Source: Octopus vulgaris (taxonomy: Eukaryota). Taken from it: a DNA stretch of 64,000 bases. Where the stretch lies: positions 51,212,001-51,276,000 of the forward strand of contig OX597828.1 of the NCBI GenBank assembly GCA_951406725.2, in the 5' to 3' direction. Made by a program: the position numbers and the translations under genes. Under the pieces are notes generated by a model that saw only the letters and a list, made by a program, of their open reading frames with translations, did no database searches and had not been told where the DNA came from. Below, one piece after another: positions 58,048 through 64,000 of the stretch (position 1 is the stretch's first letter; every line of letters starts with the position of its first letter).

Positions 58048-59272
58048 TGTGGGCAACAAAAGAAATTAGAAAGAAGAAACGGAAGCTCACCGAGTAAAGG
58101 GCTTAAACGGCATTTCGGTTGTCTTTACGTTGTGAGTTCAAATTCCACCGAAGTCGATAAATGAAGTAACATTTGAGAACTGAGTTAGTGCAAAAGTTTG
58201 AAACCAATATTGAATAATTGTTATTAGATTCTCCTGCAAATTTCTACAATCTGGATGAATCAAGAAATTTAACTCGAAATTTCTGATATTCTGCCGCTAT
58301 ATATTAAACATAATCCGGTTTATCACAAGAATTAACGTAAATCTTTCTCTCTTCAGAGAAACAAAGATATATTATTCCTCGATTAGAAATAAGATTATAA
58401 AACCACTTTTAATTTTTGCATAAGATCAGGAATTTCGAGGAGGTGGGGGAGGGATGGACTGTTATTTTATCAACTTAGAAAGTATGAGGGGCAAAGATAA
58501 CAGCGACAGCATTTGAAATCAAAGGCGTAAAAAGCCTGAAAAAAATCAATAACATCTGATGCGTTAATGATTCATTCGCGTGCTTGATCAATATGGATGT
58601 ATCCACAGATTCATCACTGTCATCGTTGCATAAAGGAGCATGTGCGATTTAAAGTGACCAAATCTGAAAGGTTCTGACTGATCGAGTGATCGCTGATTTA
58701 TAACCATCATACTGAATATCTCTTGTTTACCGATAATACGGTCAGACGAACCCACGCTGTGATTGGATAGGCCCTTATGCCTTGATTGCCCGTTGTAATA
58801 GATTTGATGCCTTTCTTTGTAAATGAGAATCCAATCTCCAACACAAGTTACATACATTTTGGTATGTATTGCTCAATTTGCACAAAAGTAATATCACGGA
58901 AATTCTGAGGAAATCAATCAATTACGGGATAAAGAATTCATTTAAAAAATTCAGAACATATGAAGAATAATATTGCAAATGAAAAACCTAGCATAACACA
59001 GGGAATTTTTGGCAGCAGAACCAGAAGAGACAGAAGCAGCAGCAGTAGCCGTTCAAGAATGTGGACCTGGAGATCTCCATTTCCAGCGACTTCGCGGGCC
59101 ACCTCCCAGTAGTGTCGGGCGTCAATGAATATCCCTCGACTACAACGAGACGACCAAAGTTTTTTTTTTTCCCAAGGTCTGGGGTCTTCCGGCCCTAAGT
59201 CCGAGACCATCACCTAATCACCCTTACACCTCTTGCTGCTTAACAACAACAGAAGCAGCACCCCGACTTCCT

Positions 59273-59432
59273 ACGCAACCGCTGAGCCTGGATGCGCATT
59301 CATCCATCCGTCGATGCTCTCCGTATCGGGGGTTGACCTGCTTTCTCTTCTGCGGGTCTTACAAATAGCAAAGGACCGCGTTTCGGACTTCTCCCATCTT
59401 GCGAGCTCTGGGGCGAAGACCGTTCGCTCAAC
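59273..59432 (+). mobile_element. Family B 3' tail fragment
   Basis: Reverse complement of 5130-5280. Confidence 0.8.
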
Positions 59433-59864
59433 AGCAACAGCAGCAGAAGTAGCCGTAGCAGCATCACCATCACCATCAACAAACATAACAAGAACATTAT
59501 ACATACACGTAGTGCACTAAACGAGACTCAGTATAACTAAATACGTTTTTAAATAAATATTATAACAAAAAGAAAATAAACGATAGCAGAGGCGTTCGAG
59601 AGAAAGAAATTAAACTAGATATATTTTGGCATCTCCACTGGAGCTTTCCTTGTTCCATCGGAGCAAGTTTTGAAGATGACCTTGTAAAACACTTTCAGTA
59701 AAACCTTCTTCATTGAAAAGGACTCGTGTATGTCTCTATATGTGTATACTTTAAAAGGGAACACAACACTAAAGCACAAGCAGAAATTGTACCTGCCGCA
59801 ACTACCCATATACCGGTTCGGCAGTCTTTGCGAACAAAATGATATCCTTCTGAGACATCAGTGA

Positions 59865-60235
59865 TTATATCCCTCTCTGGGTAGTAGTCCTAGTCCTCTT
59901 GTTTTCAGTCGTATTTGTTGTTTTGGTTAGTTTGTTTGTCCGTGGACAAGATGCCTCAAGAACCGCTGGATGGATTCGTATGAAACTTTCACAGATGTTT
60001 GACTTCGTAACTGGCACGAACCGATTAGATTTGGAGATCGATCCGATACCGGACAAGGATTCTGGATTATTTTACAGGTTATTTTTTTACCTAATTTTCG
60101 AGAGCGTTCGGGTTCATTATTCGTATTCTCGTTTGTGAGAACAGTTGATAGATATAAATTTCAGATATTCTCATTTTAGAAAGAGGACTTTGGTGTTGTC
60201 TTGGCGAAGATTTTCGCTCTCTGAGTGCTCTTGTT
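59865..60235 (+). mobile_element. Helentron/HINE-like non-autonomous element
   Basis: ttgttttcagtcgtatttgtt..gtttgtttgtc..ggatggatt..atgaaacttt..ttggcgaag..cgctctctgagtgc 3' hairpin then ttgtt; layout resembles Helentron-associated elements. Confidence 0.55.
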
Positions 60236-61264
60236 TTATTTTAGTTTTCAATTTCAATAAATCATCTTCCAACAAACGTGCTATCTATTTTTGTTAGTTT
60301 CAAGCTGTTACATTTAGAAGTTCTTATTAGTTTCCTCATGTTTCTGTCAAACATTTTTTTATCAAATTTAAGTCGCAGTTTATTTTATAGCTAGTATAAT
60401 TATAACTGTCATCTTTTTTCTAGCATTGAGGTAAAATTTTAAAATTAAATAGATTCTTCCGAAATATCTTTTCTGAAGTTTGTCTTCATTTTGTGAATTA
60501 CATTTTATCATTTTTATCTGCTCCGAAATATTTGTATCGGTAGTTCTTGTATAATACTCTATTTTTGGTACCTGCATCCAATTTAATGAGCACTCTTTTA
60601 GATAATTAACCTTTTAGTTCTCTAATCACAATCTAATCATGTTAAGAAAGCATTTATAATTAACTTTTACTAAACTTTTCAACTGAATATTGATGGATAC
60701 AAATGTTTTTATATCACTTATATAAAGTGACATCTCATGGCCTGTCTGTATTATTTCTAAGCATTAGCGGTTTTATCTGGCACATATAGTAACGGACTTA
60801 GAGCGAGGTGAATCTGATTCGTTGTAAGATTATTATTCTCACAAATATCGAGTGTAGCTTTTCTGTTGTTCGTGGTCCCTTGTGAAAATACAAGTTGTGG
60901 ATATAGTTTATAGGGGATCCATGTCATCACATTGCAAATTTAACTCAGCATATATTGTTTGATAGTCAGTGTTATGTAGGCATTCTTCTTCTAATAGATA
61001 TAAGACTTGATTTAATTGTATTCCCTTTGCCTTATGCTGCGTTGGGACCGACATGTCAAAGAATAGGCCCAACGTTTACTCGCATGGTGTGGATGGCGAC
61101 TAAAAGAGGTTGAGGAAAGATTTGCACTTGGTCCTGGTAAAGTCTCACCAGGAATAACTACCCAAACTGATCCTTGGAGATTTGTCGCCTGAGTGGAGCA
61201 AAGGTGCCATACACCAGCAGCAGGAATAATTGATGCAGCGACGCGATATTACAGTGCATACCCC

Positions 61265-61265
<1 letters not shown>

Positions 61266-61307
<42 letters not shown>

Positions 61308-61490
61308 AACTGCTACTACTACTACTACTACGACGACGACGACCACCACCACCACCATCACAACCACCACCAACACCACAACCACAACCACCACGACCAC
61401 GACCACCACCACCAACACCACCACCACAACCACCACCACCACCAAAACCACCACCACCATCATCACCACCACCACCACCAACACCACCTC
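61266..61490. repeat. (ACT)n-(ACG)n-(ACC)n microsatellite
   Basis: Direct reading. Confidence 0.95.
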
Positions 61491-62374
61491 CATTGCTCTG
61501 CATTACATCGTTGGTGTACATCTTGCCGTAGCACGGTTAAGAGTAACTAACTGTCCTACTGTAGCGATTTTAATTGTTGTAGTCTGTCACACAGAAACCG
61601 TTAGGTTCGCTTTAAGCAGTTATATTGATATTCATTCTAGTCCTTCTACAAGCTTCTTCTTCAGGTGAATGTTAGGTGCATTACGAAGAAACTGAAGCTA
61701 TGGAATGTCAAATACACTTCCTAGTTCCTTTTTGTTTTTAATGTTTGCGAGAGTCCTTTCCAGCATTCATCAATTTCCATTGATATCTATGTATTTCCCT
61801 TTGCTTCGTAACTTTTTCTTGATATTCTCTATAAAAATCCTTTGGTTTTTTTATTAAAATACTTTGTTTCTCTGGAAGAAGTTTGCATGCATTTTCGAAG
61901 CGGATTATTCTGCTTACTTTTCACTAATATAGTTTTTATTTTCACTACTGTGGTGTTTTCTTAATAGTCATTATTCTTTTTCAGAGATCTGGATTTCGTT
62001 TTTCCGCCTCTTCTTTGCTAAAATGATAAGTAAGAATAGGAAATATATTTTTCTTCCGACTATATTTAGTATATTGTTTTCCCATTATATTTACAGTCAA
62101 TATCGACTCTAATAGGATCAAAACCGATTTTGCTCAGTATTACAATTGCTGATGAATAGATTAAACCTTTCAGTTTGTTGATATCTTTGCAGTTTCTACT
62201 ATCGAATAAAATTGTTCCAATGGCCTATATATCTTTCTTTGTTCGTCGATCTATTTGTGTGTAGCAATAGCAGTTGTCTATTCTGCTTCACGTTTCATCG
62301 ACCATGTTATATTATCTTCTTGCGCTGCTTCATTTATTGTTTTTGTTTTGTCCCCTACAACATACTTTTCTTCT

Positions 62375-62985
62375 CGGCCGAATTTGAATTCAGAACATAA
62401 AGACAGACGAAATACCTATTTCTTTACTACCCACGAGGGGCTAAGCACAGAGAGGACAAACAAGGACAGACAAAGCGTTAAGTCGATTATATCGACCCCA
62501 GTGCGTAACTGGTACTTACTTAATCAACCCCGAAAGGGTGAAATGCAAAGTCGATCTCGGCGGAATTCGAACTCAGCGTTGCGACAGGTGAAATACCACT
62601 AAGCATTTAGCCTGGCGTGCTAACGACTATGCCAGCTCGCCGCATTTTGTTTCCCAAAATATTGTTTTCTACTCTAGGTACAACGCCCGAAATTTTGGGG
62701 GAGGGGACAGTCGACTTGCTCGACTCCAGTAGGCAACAGGTACTAAATTTATCGAACCAAAAATGATGAAAGGTAAAGTCGACCCCAGCGGAATTTGAAC
62801 TCAGAACGTAAAGACAGACGAAATACCTATTTCTTTACTACCCACAAGGGGCTAAACAAAGAGGAGACAAACAAGGACAGACAAATGGATTAAGCCGATT
62901 ATATCGACCCCCAGTACGTAACTGGTACTTATATAATCGACCCCGAAAGATGAAAGGCAAAATCGACCTCGGCGGAATTTGAACG
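62375..62985 (-). mobile_element. SINE family A multimer (three to four partial units)
   Basis: Repeated gaaatacctatttctttactacccac junctions. Confidence 0.88.
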
Positions 62986-63129
62986 TTTTATTGTCATTAT
63001 TTGTGTTATAACTGTTGCAATAACTGTTATCCGAATTGCTGTTGCTGCTATAGCTTGCACGTATATATATATATATATATATATAAATGAAAGAATGAAG
63101 TCGAACGACGATTTAACAAAATTCCTTTA

Positions 63130-63212
63130 TTCTCGACATATGTTTCGAAGACTGCATATTCCTAATTCCGAAGGAATAAGGGGTGCATTATGCCGCCTTC
63201 TCATCAGGAAAG
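63130..63212 (-). ncRNA. Canonical type I hammerhead in a ~297 bp element between (TA)n tracts (63086-63382)
   Basis: tttc-CTGATGA-gaaggcggcata/../tatgcagtcttc-GAAA-c/atat/g-TC-gaga; stem II 11 of 12 pairs; palindrome ACATATGT; GUC triplet. Confidence 0.85.
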
Positions 63213-63379
63213 ACAAGGAACTTATGTCGGCATCATTAAAAAAAACACACAAATTTCCACACGAAAGCACGTGATCTCTGCCCCTGGCATGTAGCTTCAA
63301 CCGTGTTTTCTGACGTGAATTTGCTACCCAGGTATCGGTTAACCGAATTATCCATACTAGGATAATTCATTCAACTACT

Positions 63380-63435
<56 letters not shown>

Positions 63436-64000
63436 TCATCGTCTGTCCGTTTATTCCGAAATTTTTATTCGTTACTTCATTCTTCTATCGCTTCATTCGA
63501 TTAATTTATACTTAATTTATTGATAGATTTTTGAACTTTGTATCACTGTTTCGTTTCTGCATGTATTTCTTTATAAATATTTTTTATCTTCCCGTCGTAA
63601 ACTTTTCAACTCCAGTCCACTGATCGCTCTTACTAATAACAACCGTAGCTCACGTTTATCATTTCTCCGTGGAATATGTAACAATATAATGGAAAATGTC
63701 ACGCATTTCGTGATCTTTGCATTCATGCTATTCTCACTCGACAGGAAGGTCAATTGAAAGCTCTATGGCATGAATTAACACTCATACCAAATAATCATTA
63801 AAACATAAGTCATTCCCGAAAATATCTAGCATCCATATGAATATAAAGAACAACAAACTGGAGCCCTTAAGTACACCACTCTCTTCTAACTAATTATGTA
63901 TGAATAACCTTCAAACGGCTATAAACAACATCGTAGTGATGAAAATATAGTGTATTTGGACAGGGTATATTTACATATTTGTACATATTGCCCTGACTAA

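Noticed and set aside
58588-58857. 89-aa non-repetitive ORF
   Set aside because: No recognisable domain, splice context or promoter; length is compatible with chance.

Overview
Eukaryotic, AT-rich, microsatellite-dense intergenic or intronic DNA. The SINE families and repeat landscape look like a coleoid cephalopod, most likely Octopus (inference, not database-checked). I see no confident host protein-coding gene, rRNA, true tRNA gene or CRISPR array, and almost all listed ORFs are simple-repeat artefacts. Content: at least three tRNA-derived SINE families (many copies, three with clear TSDs), decayed non-LTR retrotransposon ends (R4/Dong next to (TAA)n, Tx1/L1, RTE, CR1-group) and two Helitron/Helentron-like non-autonomous elements. 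The most interesting signal is a set of short non-coding elements inserted into (TA)n tracts that carry hammerhead ribozyme (HHR) motifs, probably non-autonomous derivatives of Penelope-like elements (PLEs). They fall into three kinds: (i) minimal type I HHRs with palindromic stem III (ACATATGT, ACAGCTGT, ACGGCCGT, ACTCAGAGT), some with very long stem II; (ii) fold-back palindromic copies that put an HHR on both strands, with copy-specific mutations shared by both arms; (iii) a family whose three HHR core strands occur in a non-circularly permuted order, with covarying stem I. A complex double inverted duplication centred on a (TA)n tract lies at 24.5-26.5 kb. All structures were read by eye, and many boundaries are approximate.
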